From assembly GCA_049523315.1 (NCBI GenBank), contig JBEKMZ010000014.1:3763-67762 (forward strand): a DNA stretch of 64,000 nt. The letters are read 5' to 3'. This document shows positions 17,181 through 26,581 of the stretch, one piece after another. Within the stretch, counting starts at the first letter, position 1. The number at the start of each line of letters is the position of its first letter. This DNA is from Acidimicrobiales bacterium (lineage in GTDB: Bacteria; Actinomycetota; Acidimicrobiia; Acidimicrobiales; Bog-793). Made by a program: the position numbers and the translations under genes. The notes beneath the pieces were generated by a model. That model did no database searches. It was not told the DNA's origin and was given only the letters and a program-made list of their open reading frames with translations.

Positions 17181-17216
17181 CCTCCCACAGCGTCCAGGTG
17201 CCCTAGTTTGGGGGAC

Positions 17217-18266
17217 ATGCGCTATCGGATACTTGGAGGAACCGGCATCGAGGTCAGCACCTATTGCCTCGGGGCGATGATGTTCGGCGCGTGGGGCAAC
17301 CCCGATCACAACGACGCTGTGCGCATCGTGCACGCAGCCCTCGACGCAGGCATAAATTTCATCGACACGGCGGACGTGTACTCGGCCGGCGAGTCCGAGG
17401 AGATCGTCGGCAAAGCCTTAAAGGACCGGCGGGACGAGGTCGTGCTCGCGACGAAGGTCCACGCCAACATGGGCGAGGGCCAGAACCGCTCGGGCAACTC
17501 GCGGCGCTGGATCCGCTACGAGGTCGAGCAGAGCCTGCGGCGGCTCGGCACGGACTGGATCGACCTGTATCAGATCCACCGCCCGGACCCCCGTACCGAC
17601 ATCGAAGAGACGCTGTCGGTGCTGACCGACCTCATTCGGGAGGGCAAGGTCCGCGCGATCGGCTGTTCGACCTTCCCGGCCGAGATGATCGTCGAGGCGC
17701 ACTGGGCGGCCGAAAGGCGCGGCCTCGAGCGCTTCAGGTGCGAGCAGCCGCCGTACTCGCTGTTCGCCCGCGGGATCGAGGCGGGTGTGCTCCCCGTCTG
17801 CGAGCGCTACGGCATGGGCGTGATCGCCTGGAGCCCGCTCGCGGGCGGGTGGCTGACCGGCAAGTACCGCCACGGCCAGGAGATCGACATGAGCTCGGGA
17901 CGGGCATCGCGCATCCCGCAGCGTTTCGACCCGAACCTGCCCGAGAACCAGCGCAAGCTGGACCTCGTCGACCGGCTCGAGGCCGTGGCCAGCGAGGCGG
18001 GGATGTCTTTGAGGCACCTCGCCCTCGCGTTCGTCGTCGCACACCCGGCGGTGACCTCTGCGATCATCGGGCCGCGGACCATGGACCAGCTCGAGGACCT
18101 GCTCGCCGGGGCCGGCGTCACCCTAGATGACGCCACCTTGGACCGGCTCGACGAGATCGTGCGGCCGGGGGTCACGCTCAACCCCGCCGACACGGGCTGG
18201 CAGAGCGACTCGGTCACCCAGCCCGGCCGACGCAGGCGGCCTGTGCAGGCGCGCGCGGCCGGCTGA
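17217..18266 (+). CDS. aldo/keto reductase
   Basis: MRYRILGGTGIEVSTYCLGAMMFGAWGN...GINFIDTADVYSAGESEEIVGKAL... is the classic AKR N-terminus. Start set at the ATG at 17217 within the TTG-initiated ORF. Confidence 0.9.
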   Translation: MRYRILGGTGIEVSTYCLGAMMFGAWGNPDHNDAVRIVHAALDAGINFIDTADVYSAGESEEIVGKALKDRRDEVVLATKVHANMGEGQNRSGNSRRWIRYEVEQSLRRLGTDWIDLYQIHRPDPRTDIEETLSVLTDLIREGKVRAIGCSTFPAEMIVEAHWAAERRGLERFRCEQPPYSLFARGIEAGVLPVCERYGMGVIAWSPLAGGWLTGKYRHGQEIDMSSGRASRIPQRFDPNLPENQRKLDLVDRLEAVASEAGMSLRHLALAFVVAHPAVTSAIIGPRTMDQLEDLLAGAGVTLDDATLDRLDEIVRPGVTLNPADTGWQSDSVTQPGRRRRPVQARAAG

Positions 18267-18269
18267 GGA

Positions 18270-18716
18270 TCACCAGCGCGGAACGTAGCCCCCGCGGCCC
18301 AAAGCGGCGCTCTCGAAGGGATCCACCGACTCGTCGACACCGCCGCGCACTTCGGTGATCCACGCCAGGCGCTCTTTCAGCAAGCGCTCGACACCGCCTT
18401 GCAGGGTCACTGCCGATATGGCGCACGAGCCGCAGGCACCCTGGAGCTGCACCTCCACGATTCCAGCGTCGTAGTCGACATCGATCACGGCGAGGTCACC
18501 TCCGTCGGCCTGGACGGCGGGGCGCATCAGATCGAGAAGGTCGTCGAGTCCCTCTTTCCGCCGGGCGCGCTCTTGGTCGTCGATCCTGGCGCCGTCTGAG
18601 CTCGGGGCGATCCCCACGCTGACCGGAACCGGCTCACAGGGACCGGCGGACGGGGCCGAAGTTGGCCCAACTGCATCTACTTGCACCGACCGGCCTCCTC
18701 TCGCCTTTCCTCCCAC
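18270..18716 (-). CDS. NifU/Nfu-type Fe-S cluster scaffold-domain protein
   Basis: C-terminal LMRPAVQADGGDLAVIDVDYDAGIVEVQLQGACGSCAISAVTLQGGVERLLKERL is a NifU C-terminal (Nfu) domain with CxxC. The N-terminal ~65 aa are low complexity, so the start is uncertain. Confidence 0.75.
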   Translation of the reverse strand: MGGKARGGRSVQVDAVGPTSAPSAGPCEPVPVSVGIAPSSDGARIDDQERARRKEGLDDLLDLMRPAVQADGGDLAVIDVDYDAGIVEVQLQGACGSCAISAVTLQGGVERLLKERLAWITEVRGGVDESVDPFESAALGRGGYVPRW

Positions 18717-18769
18717 CTTCTCGGTGGTACTCGTCCCACGCCGATGTTAGGAGGTCGTAGGCTTCGATC

Positions 18770-19612
18770 ATGCAGCTCGTCGTGCTCGCAGCTGGTCACG
18801 GCCGCCGTTTCGGCGGCCTCAAGCAACTCGTCCCCGTCGGGCCGCGTGGTGAAGCGCTCATGGACTACACAGCCCGTGACGCCCTGGCGGGCGGGTTCGA
18901 CGGCGTCATCCTCATCGTCCGAGAGGAGATCCAAGGCGAGCTGTTGAGCCACATCGGTCCGTTCTGGCCTGGGGACCTCCCGGTCGTGCCCGTCGTGCAA
19001 GGCCCGATCGCCGGCACCGCGCAGGCCGTCGAGTCCGCCCGCCCTTTCATTGACGGGCCCTTCGGCGTCGCCAACGCCGACGACCTCTACGGCGAGAAGG
19101 CGATCGCGACCCTGGCCGCCGAGCTGCGAAAGGGCGCCGCGGGCGAGCACGTGCTCGTCGGCTACCACTTAAAGGACACGGTGATCACCGACGACGCCGT
19201 CACCCGTGGGTTGTGCGAGACCGGCAGCGACGGCTATTTGAGCCGCGTCGTCGAGAACCAGGTGCGGCGCCTTGCCGAGGGCGCCTTCGAGGGCTCCCCG
19301 CTCGCCGGCGAGGGTGCCGGGCAGCAACGACGCCTGAGCGGGGACGAGCTCGTGAGCATGAACCTGTGGGGTTTCGCGGAGTCGATGCTGGACGAGATCG
19401 ATGACGGCCTCGACGCCTTCGACCCTGAGACGGCGCCGCACGAGGAGGGAAAGCCACCCGAGCTCCTCCTGCCCGACGTCGTCGGTCAGGCCGTGGCCAC
19501 CGGCCGTGCCCTCATCCGGGTCGTCCCCTCGGAAAACCGTTGCATCGGGCTCACGCACCCCGACGACCTGCCCCTCGTCCGCCAGCTCGTCGCCGAAGGA
19601 CTGACCGGCTGA
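18770..19612 (+). CDS. sugar-phosphate nucleotidyltransferase family protein
   Basis: MQLVVLAAGHGRRFGGLKQLVPVGP is the NTP_transferase G-x-G-x-R loop. 280 aa. Confidence 0.75.
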   Translation: MQLVVLAAGHGRRFGGLKQLVPVGPRGEALMDYTARDALAGGFDGVILIVREEIQGELLSHIGPFWPGDLPVVPVVQGPIAGTAQAVESARPFIDGPFGVANADDLYGEKAIATLAAELRKGAAGEHVLVGYHLKDTVITDDAVTRGLCETGSDGYLSRVVENQVRRLAEGAFEGSPLAGEGAGQQRRLSGDELVSMNLWGFAESMLDEIDDGLDAFDPETAPHEEGKPPELLLPDVVGQAVATGRALIRVVPSENRCIGLTHPDDLPLVRQLVAEGLTG

Positions 19613-19619
19613 GACTCCT

Positions 19620-20522
19620 ATGACACGGTCGCGCCGGCTCGTCCTGGCTCTCGTGATCGACCTGGTCCTGGTCGTGGGCGAGGCCCTCGGTGGCGTGCTC
19701 GCCCATTCGACCGGGCTTGTGGCGACCGCAGGTCACGACCTCGCGGACGCCGCCGCGCTCGTCCTCGCCCTCGCCGCCGCCAGGCTCGCGCTCAGGCCCG
19801 CGACGGCCGCGCGGTCCTTCGGGTACCACAGGGCCACGATCCTCGCCGCCCTCGCCAACGCGACCGCGATCGTGATCGTCGCCCTCGGGGTGGTCGCGCT
19901 CGCAGCCTGGCGGCTCGCCGAGCCGGCGCACGTGCAGGGCTGGGTCGTGGTCGTGTTCGCCAGCGCCGGGCTCCTCGGCAACTCCGCCGCCGCCCTCGTG
20001 TTGCGCGAGCACTCCCATGATCTGAATTTCCGCGCCGTCGCCCTGCACTTCGGTGGAGATGCCGTCGCCGCCCTCGGCGTCATCATTGCCGGGACCGTGA
20101 TCATCGTGACGGGACGCTTCGAGGCGATCGATCCGGCGGTGGCCCTCCTCATCACGCTCCTCATCGCTGCCAAAGCCTGGCGTCTCGTCCGCACGAGCCT
20201 TGAGGTCCTGCTCGAGTCGACCCCGGCCGACCTCGACGTCGGCGCCCTCGCCTCGGCGATCTCGTCGACCGAAGGCGTGACCGCCGTCCACGACCTGCAC
20301 TGCTGGAGCCTCTCGAGCGATGTCAGGGCGCTGTCGGCCCACATCGTCCTCGATGGCCACCCGAGCTTGGAGGAGGCACAGGTCGTCGGGGAACGGGTGA
20401 AGGCCTCGGTCGCGCGGCACTTCAACGTCGCGCACGCGACCTTGGAGATGGAGTGCGAACCCTGTGCCGACGACGTCGCGGTCAGCTGCGCTGTCGACCC
20501 TGTCTCGCGCGTCGTCTCCTGA
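19620..20522 (+). CDS. cation diffusion facilitator (CDF) family metal efflux transporter
   Basis: 300 aa. HDLADAAALVLALAAARLALRPATAARSFGYHRATILAALANA is the TM2/TM3 signature. C-terminal cytoplasmic domain with VHDLHCWSLSSD. Confidence 0.9.
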   Translation: MTRSRRLVLALVIDLVLVVGEALGGVLAHSTGLVATAGHDLADAAALVLALAAARLALRPATAARSFGYHRATILAALANATAIVIVALGVVALAAWRLAEPAHVQGWVVVVFASAGLLGNSAAALVLREHSHDLNFRAVALHFGGDAVAALGVIIAGTVIIVTGRFEAIDPAVALLITLLIAAKAWRLVRTSLEVLLESTPADLDVGALASAISSTEGVTAVHDLHCWSLSSDVRALSAHIVLDGHPSLEEAQVVGERVKASVARHFNVAHATLEMECEPCADDVAVSCAVDPVSRVVS

Positions 20523-20579
20523 GCGGGCTGGCGTCGCGCCCGCGGCGACAAGACGGGCGGGCCGATAGCGTCCGGGCCG

Positions 20580-21329
20580 ATGTGTGGCCGATTCGTCGCC
20601 AGCCGCCCCGTCGAGGAGATCGCACGGCTGCTCGAGGTGAAAGAAATCGACGTTCCCCCAGAGCTCTGCGCGCCGCGCTTTAACGTCGCCCCACAGGCGA
20701 GTGTGCTCGCGGTGACCGAGGCGCACCAAGACCCAGGCCGCAGGCGCCTGTCTGTGTTCCGCTGGGGACTGGTTCCGTGGTGGGCCAAGGACCCCTCGAT
20801 CGGAGCCCGCGCATTCAACGCGAAGGCGGAGACCGTCCGGGACAAGCCGATGTTCCGGGGCGCGATCGACAAACACCGCTGCGTCGTTCCCGCCGACGCC
20901 TTCTATGAGTGGGCCCCGGCGGCACGGGGCAGCCCTCTCCGGCGAAAACAACCCTGGTGCTTTAGGGCACCTGGCTCGGGCCTCTTGCTCCTCGCCGGGC
21001 TCTGGGAGCAGTGGCGGCCCCGAAACGACGCTGAGGCGAGCCCGCTTCGCACCTGCACGATCCTCACGACCGACGCGAACGAGCGCGTGGGGCCGGTGCA
21101 CGACCGCATGCCGGTGCTGATAGCCGAGGAGGACCTCGCCGAGTGGCTGTCGCCCGAGCCGCTTCGGCCAGGTGAGCTCGAACGGCTGATCCGTCCCGCC
21201 CCGCCCGAGGCCCTCGAGGCCTTCCGGGTCTCGACTCTGGTCAACGACGCACGCGAGGACGGGCCTTCGCTCATCGAGCCGGACGCCGCTCTAGAGAGAG
21301 AGGAGGGCGGTACCGCTCAGCTTTTCTGA
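20580..21329 (+). CDS. SOS response-associated peptidase (SRAP/YedK, abasic-site DNA-protein crosslink)
   Basis: Starts MCGRF (catalytic Cys2), followed by FRWGLVPWWAKD and FYEW motifs. Confidence 0.9.
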   Translation: MCGRFVASRPVEEIARLLEVKEIDVPPELCAPRFNVAPQASVLAVTEAHQDPGRRRLSVFRWGLVPWWAKDPSIGARAFNAKAETVRDKPMFRGAIDKHRCVVPADAFYEWAPAARGSPLRRKQPWCFRAPGSGLLLLAGLWEQWRPRNDAEASPLRTCTILTTDANERVGPVHDRMPVLIAEEDLAEWLSPEPLRPGELERLIRPAPPEALEAFRVSTLVNDAREDGPSLIEPDAALEREEGGTAQLF

Positions 21330-23368
21330 CCGGGCTGTTGCCATTGCCCGGCCATGTCATCGCGGCCGAGCAGCTCGGCCTCCTGGGCACGCTCGACGCG
21401 CCGGCGGCGGGCGAGCCCCCTTCGCGTCGCGTCCGCGATCCCGGGGCCGTCGAGGCCGAGCCGGGAAAGGATCGCGTCCGGCTTGGCATGGGGCAGGAAG
21501 CAGGTCGGGACGCCGAGCACGACTTGGCGCGGCCCGGGCAGTCCGACGAGGTCAGCGAAGCGGTCGGCCTCGCCCAGCAGGTAGGAGCCGGCGCCGCCGT
21601 GGACGAGGCCGTCCTCGGCGGTCACGACGAGCCTCGCGCGTGCCATCGCGTCCAGCATCTCCGGATCCGCCGGGCGGACGACGCGGGCGTCGAACACGTC
21701 GGTCTCGATCCCGTCGTTGAACAGCTCGGCCGATGCCGCTAGCACGGCACGGGTCATCTTGCCGATGCCGACGAGGACGACCTCGCCGGTCCCGGTCCGT
21801 AACCGGCGCGCCTTGAGCCCGCTCCCGGGCCTGCCGAGAGGGCCCGGCGAGGGCGTCTTCGGGTAGCGGAGCAAGGACGGCCCGGGGAGTTTCAGCGCCT
21901 CGGCCAGCATCGGGGCGAGCTCGGCGGTCTCGGCTGGGCAGAAGATCGTGCAGTTCGGTATCTGCAGGGCCTGGACGAGGTCGTAGATGCCGTGGTGGCT
22001 CGGTCCGTCGTCGCCGGTTACCCCCGCCCGACCTGCCACGACCACGACGGGAAGGTTGTGGAGCCCGACATCTAGGTTCCACTGGTCGATGGCCCTCGCT
22101 AGGAAGGTCGAGTAGATCGCCACGACCGGGCGCAAGCCGCTCATCGCCATCCCCGCCGCCGAGGTCATGGCGTGCTGCTCGGCGATGCCGACGTCGACGA
22201 AGCGCTCCGGATAATGGTCCTCGAAAGCCAGCAACCCTGTCGGTCCGGGCATGGCGGCTGTGATCGCGACTATCCGTTCGTCATCGGCGGCGAGCTCCAC
22301 GAGCACGGAGGAGAAGACCTCCGCGTAGCTTTCACCGGCGTCCAGGGGACCGGGCAGGCCGCCGTCGTCGGTCGAGGCGCCCACCATGGAACCGGGGCGA
22401 GGGTTGGAGCGCGCGCTCGCCCGGCTCGTCTGGGCCGGGGATGGCGAAGCTTTCATATCGTGCAGGCAGGCGACGTCGTCCGCCTCGGCGGGGGCGTAGC
22501 CCTTGCCCTTGGTGGTGACGACGTGGAGGACGATCGGTCCGTTCCAGCTCGAGGCCCGGCGGAGGGACTGCTCGAGAGTCGCGATGTCGTGGCCGTCGAT
22601 TGGCCCGGTGTAGCGGATCCCGATCGCCTCGAAGAACATCCGCGGCTCGACCACCTCGCGCACCGCCGCGCTTAGCCCGTGGAAAGAGGTAAAGGCAAGC
22701 GACGAGACACCGCCCGGCAGGTCCTCGACAAGGTGGCGGACGCGTTCGCGGACCTGGAGGTAGCGCGGGTCGAGCCTCAACTGAGTCAAGGACACAGACA
22801 GCCTGGAGACCGTCGGGGCGTAGCTGCGGCCGTTGTCGTTAAGGACGATGAGGACCCTGGCACCCGAGTGGCCCAGGTTGTTGAGCGCCTCGTAGGCCAT
22901 TCCTCCCGTGAGCGCACCGTCGCCAACGACGGCGACAACATAGCGGCCACCGTTCTCGGGATCGCCCCTGTCCTCCAGGCGCAGCGTCGTGGCGATGCCG
23001 TGCGCGTAGCTGAGTGCCGTCGAGGCATGCGAGTTCTCGATCCAGTCATGGGGCGACTCCGCTCTCGACGGGTAGCCGGAGAGTCCGCCCTCCTGCTTGA
23101 GCTGGGCAAAGCCGTCACGGCGGCCGGTGACGATCTTGTGCACATAGGCCTGGTGACCCGTGTCGAACAAGAAGATGTCCTCGGGTGAGTTAAACACGCG
23201 GTGCAAGGCCAAGGTGAGCTCGACGACGCCCAGGTTCGAGCCGAGGTGCCCGCCTGTGCGCGACACGGCCGCGACTATGAAATCGCGCATCTCCTCGGCA
23301 AGCTGGTCGCACTCGGCGAGCGACAAAGCCTTGAGGTCTGCTGGTGAGTTAATGGAGTCGAGGATCAT
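21317..23368 (-). CDS. dxs: 1-deoxy-D-xylulose-5-phosphate synthase
   Basis: 683 aa. MILDSINSPADLKALS...GGHLGSNLGVVELTLALH and the TPP motif GDGALTGGMAYEALNN. It carries a Ser/Pro/Gly-rich linker insert. Confidence 0.95.
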   Translation of the reverse strand: MILDSINSPADLKALSLAECDQLAEEMRDFIVAAVSRTGGHLGSNLGVVELTLALHRVFNSPEDIFLFDTGHQAYVHKIVTGRRDGFAQLKQEGGLSGYPSRAESPHDWIENSHASTALSYAHGIATTLRLEDRGDPENGGRYVVAVVGDGALTGGMAYEALNNLGHSGARVLIVLNDNGRSYAPTVSRLSVSLTQLRLDPRYLQVRERVRHLVEDLPGGVSSLAFTSFHGLSAAVREVVEPRMFFEAIGIRYTGPIDGHDIATLEQSLRRASSWNGPIVLHVVTTKGKGYAPAEADDVACLHDMKASPSPAQTSRASARSNPRPGSMVGASTDDGGLPGPLDAGESYAEVFSSVLVELAADDERIVAITAAMPGPTGLLAFEDHYPERFVDVGIAEQHAMTSAAGMAMSGLRPVVAIYSTFLARAIDQWNLDVGLHNLPVVVVAGRAGVTGDDGPSHHGIYDLVQALQIPNCTIFCPAETAELAPMLAEALKLPGPSLLRYPKTPSPGPLGRPGSGLKARRLRTGTGEVVLVGIGKMTRAVLAASAELFNDGIETDVFDARVVRPADPEMLDAMARARLVVTAEDGLVHGGAGSYLLGEADRFADLVGLPGPRQVVLGVPTCFLPHAKPDAILSRLGLDGPGIADATRRGLARRRRVERAQEAELLGRDDMAGQWQQPGQKS

Positions 23369-23464
23369 CGGAGCACCGATGTCAGGCTATCGGACGAGCG
23401 CGGCGTGACGCTGACCACTCGGTCGCTTCTCCTATACGCGCCCCGAACGCGAGACTCGGCCGCG

Positions 23465-24895
23465 TCATGACGCCGGCCTGCGATCGCGACTTACCGCTTG
23501 GGTCACGAGCCTGAGGACCCTTTCGCGGGTAGCCGAAGCGCTCTCCATGACCGGGACGCCGCCTTCGAGATCGCCCGACACGAGCTCGCGCCAAGCCTCG
23601 AGCTCGGGCCGGAGCGCGGCCACGACCGCCGAGTCGCGCCACGCCGGGTTCTCAAGCAGGAACAAGAATGCGAGCAACGACTCGCGCTGCTCCCCGACGC
23701 ATTCGTACGGCTTGCGGCCGGCCGCGCACAGATCCCAGAAGCCCTCGACCTGCTCGGGATCTTCCAGAAGGTTGCTGGAGAAGATGGCCCCGAGCTGCTC
23801 GGGCCCGAGGAAGGGGGCCAGCACCAAGAACACGAACCGGCACTTCGGGCACTGCCCGCACCAGGCGTCGAAACGGCCGCCCGGGCGGTAGGCGCGGTTG
23901 CAGCTGAGAAAGCCGGCATGGTACGCGGGCAGGTCCGCGAACCATCTCGCTATCTCGAGCTCCCCGCACGAGCGCAGCCCCGAGCAGTACTCGATCGAGC
24001 TCGAGACGGACTCGCGCACCACCGAGCGCAGCTTGAGCTCACACTCGGTGCTCTTGGACCACTGGTGGTTCACCGGGACGTCATCGATGAGCGAGGTCGC
24101 CTCATCAGCAGAGCGCTCGAGGGCCATGAGGGTCGTGTCGTAGCCGTACAGGTAGCCCGCCGCCACCGCGATGAGAGACACGATGGCGGTGATCGGCACA
24201 TGGCCGTTGAGCGCGCCGGCCGCGTTGAGCTCCAGCAGCTCGGGCGAGATGGTGCGGGTGATGGTGGCGAGCGGCAGGCCGGCGATGTCCGCGGTGCGCT
24301 GCATGGCCGGGCTCTTGTTGATCGCGAAGAGGAAGGTCGGGACCTCTACAGGCGTGCCGGCGGCCTTCAGCGCCTCGACGAGCACGATCGAGTCCTTCCC
24401 GCCGCCGATAGGAACCGCTATGCCTGGGTTGGGAGCATCCTCGTGGCCCGTCGGCGGCCCGCCCGAATCGGGGCCGGGCACGACGGTTCGAGCCGCTACG
24501 CCCGGGTCGGGAGCGCCCTCTGAGGGCTGGGTGCGCAACTCGAATGCAAGTGGCACCGGGAGCTTGTTGGCGACCGCGAACTCACGCAGGCCCTTTTCGT
24601 ACAGGTCCCGGACGAGGTCTTCTTCTGCCGGGCTCAAGGGCCCGGTCTCGACGACGATCCGGGCGGGTGCGGCTGCCTTGTAGTAGCTCACTCCAGCCGC
24701 GAGGTGGACGAGCCGCAGCGCCCGGTCTAGGCCCGTCGGGAACGACCCGAGCGGGGCGCCCCCGAACTCGACGGTCTCGCGGAAGTGGTGCGAGTCGTCG
24801 AAGGCGTAGTCGAAATGGGCGATGTTGCTCTCAGGGTCAAAGCCGAAGCCGACGATCCTGAACGCCTGCACCTCTTTGAGCCCGGGCGCGCTCAC
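23465..24895 (-). CDS. PP-loop-like ATP-utilising protein; candidate UDP-MurNAc-L-Ala-L-Glu epimerase (MurL-like)
   Basis: 476 aa. AVPIGGGKDSIVLVEAL resembles an SGGxDS PP-loop, and there is a C-terminal CGQCPKCRF motif. The start overlaps the stop of the upstream MurD paralogue by 4 nt. The call rests mainly on this synteny. Confidence 0.55.
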   Translation of the reverse strand: MSAPGLKEVQAFRIVGFGFDPESNIAHFDYAFDDSHHFRETVEFGGAPLGSFPTGLDRALRLVHLAAGVSYYKAAAPARIVVETGPLSPAEEDLVRDLYEKGLREFAVANKLPVPLAFELRTQPSEGAPDPGVAARTVVPGPDSGGPPTGHEDAPNPGIAVPIGGGKDSIVLVEALKAAGTPVEVPTFLFAINKSPAMQRTADIAGLPLATITRTISPELLELNAAGALNGHVPITAIVSLIAVAAGYLYGYDTTLMALERSADEATSLIDDVPVNHQWSKSTECELKLRSVVRESVSSSIEYCSGLRSCGELEIARWFADLPAYHAGFLSCNRAYRPGGRFDAWCGQCPKCRFVFLVLAPFLGPEQLGAIFSSNLLEDPEQVEGFWDLCAAGRKPYECVGEQRESLLAFLFLLENPAWRDSAVVAALRPELEAWRELVSGDLEGGVPVMESASATRERVLRLVTQAVSRDRRPAS

Positions 24896-26319
24896 GCGCT
24901 CGCCCGCCCAGCCGGTCGCGCCTGTGCCCCGGGCTCCGGCGGCTCGAGCCCGGCGGCTCGCCTGAAGCGGTGGCTGCGCTCGAGATAGCTGCCCTCGTCA
25001 GGTGGGGTCGGTGCCGCCGGCGAGAACAACACGGTCGCGATCTCCGGGCACGAGGACGCGACCTCGACGGCCTCCTCGAGCGACGACACCAGGTGGCTTT
25101 GGGCCGTGCTCGAGATGAGCCCGAGCGCGTCGGCTATTGCGGATCCGGCCTCGCCGATCAAAAACACGATCGGCTGCGGCGAGCTTTCCTGAATCGCCCG
25201 GGCGAGCGGCCCGTAGTCGACGCCGCGGTCGTGTCCCCCAACAATAAGGGCGACGCTGGTCCCGGCGAAGACCTTGAGGGCGGCTAGGGTCCCCTCCGGG
25301 TTGGAGGCGAGGGCGTCGTCGATGTAGCTGACCGCCCCCCTGGACCCGACCGGCTCGAGCCTGCAACGCGGCGCAGTGACAGATGACAGCTCGCGTTCGA
25401 GCCGCTCCTTGTCGCCCAGCCCGCCGGTGAGAAGGAGCGCGGCAGTAAGCGCACCGCAGGCGTTGAGGAGGTTGTGGTCCCCGAGCAGCTGGAAACCGCC
25501 AAGGTCGAGAGGGCCGAGTCCCGGCGCGATGACCTCGGACTTCTCGAGGCGCACGGGGCCGCCCTCGCCATAGAGAACCCTTCCGGCAAGTTCCGCGGTC
25601 CGGGTGACGGCCTCCTCGCAGCAGCCGTTGACGGCAACGGGGACGTCGCGGCGCAGCGAAAACAGCCGAAGCTTGTCCGTGTAGTAGTTCTCGAGGCCCC
25701 GGTGCCAGTCGAGGTGGTCGGGCGCTAACAGCGTGAGCACGCCGACCGTAGGAGCGCTCGTCAGCTCTGCTGTCTGGAAGCTTGACAGCTCGATCACGAA
25801 GGCGTCGTGGGAGTCGTCCTCGTACAGCTCGGTCACGGGCCTTCCGATGTTCCCGGCCAGGGCGACGTCGAGCCCCCGCGCGCGAAGGACCGCTGCGGTG
25901 AGCATCGCCGTGGTCGTCTTGCCCTTCGACCCCGTCACCGCCACGACCTGGCGGTCCGAGAAGTCCTCCATGAACAGCGCGGTCGGGGTCGTCACGACCG
26001 CACCGCTCAGGGCCGCCGCGACGAGGCGCTCATCGTAGCGCGACACGCCGGGAGAGTGGACGACGAAGTCGAAGGGGTGCTCTTCGAGAACAGAAGGTGG
26101 CTGTACATCGAAGCTGGCCGAGCCCTGCGCCAGACGGCGCCGGACGGCATCCGGAGCTAAGGGGTCACCGGCGAGGTCGTCGAGGACGACAAGCTCGGCA
26201 CAGCTCGGTCCGACGCGCCGGGCAAAACACCGGCCTTCGATCCCCGCGCCGAACACCGCTACCCGCTTGCCAACCAGAGCCGCGACACCTCCGATCAGCG
26301 GCACGCCGCGATGGTACAC
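24892..26319 (-). CDS. Mur ligase, MurD paralogue outside a dcw cluster; candidate UDP-MurNAc-L-Ala--L-Glu ligase (MurD2-like)
   Basis: 475 aa. KRVAVFGAGIEG (Rossmann-like N-domain), VVAVTGSKGKTTTAMLTAAVL (Mur ligase P-loop) and MurD-like domain order. No mraY or ftsW neighbours. Confidence 0.75.
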   Translation of the reverse strand: MYHRGVPLIGGVAALVGKRVAVFGAGIEGRCFARRVGPSCAELVVLDDLAGDPLAPDAVRRRLAQGSASFDVQPPSVLEEHPFDFVVHSPGVSRYDERLVAAALSGAVVTTPTALFMEDFSDRQVVAVTGSKGKTTTAMLTAAVLRARGLDVALAGNIGRPVTELYEDDSHDAFVIELSSFQTAELTSAPTVGVLTLLAPDHLDWHRGLENYYTDKLRLFSLRRDVPVAVNGCCEEAVTRTAELAGRVLYGEGGPVRLEKSEVIAPGLGPLDLGGFQLLGDHNLLNACGALTAALLLTGGLGDKERLERELSSVTAPRCRLEPVGSRGAVSYIDDALASNPEGTLAALKVFAGTSVALIVGGHDRGVDYGPLARAIQESSPQPIVFLIGEAGSAIADALGLISSTAQSHLVSSLEEAVEVASSCPEIATVLFSPAAPTPPDEGSYLERSHRFRRAAGLEPPEPGAQARPAGRASA

Positions 26320-26581
26320 AGGCGCTCTCAGGCTCCGGTCAGGTCGAAGATCGGTGGCACGGCTCCCAGGATGACACGGGACCGCTGCCGCACGGGCGCG
26401 CTTCGGCAGGGATCTTTCCGCTGCGGGCCAGTTCCAGGTGGGTAGGGCACGCCAAAAGGCGGACCAGTCGGGGCACGGGTAGCGTTGGACTCGTTGACCA
26501 CAATGGAGCGGTCAGGAAGGTGGCAACCGTAGTGACTGGAGAAGCCACAGCCGCGCCGCACGGAAAGCTGGAGGCGCAGTC

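Noticed and set aside
19551-21101. 516-aa minus-strand ORF
   Set aside because: It is antisense to the CDF transporter and SRAP genes, both of which have clear family motifs. The translation has junk composition.
24483-24492. ggttcgagcc, a T-loop-like string checked during a tRNA scan
   Set aside because: It lies inside the MurL-like coding frame with no acceptor or anticodon stem context. I found no tRNA-like cloverleaf anywhere in the window by eye.
26320-26581. 262-nt divergent intergenic region upstream of ald, examined for a riboswitch (for example glycine) or a small ORF
   Set aside because: I found no recognisable riboswitch core motifs. The two overlapping track ORFs (26328..26561 and 26339..26674) are minus-strand with poor composition. 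The region most likely holds promoters and operators for ald and the murD paralogue.
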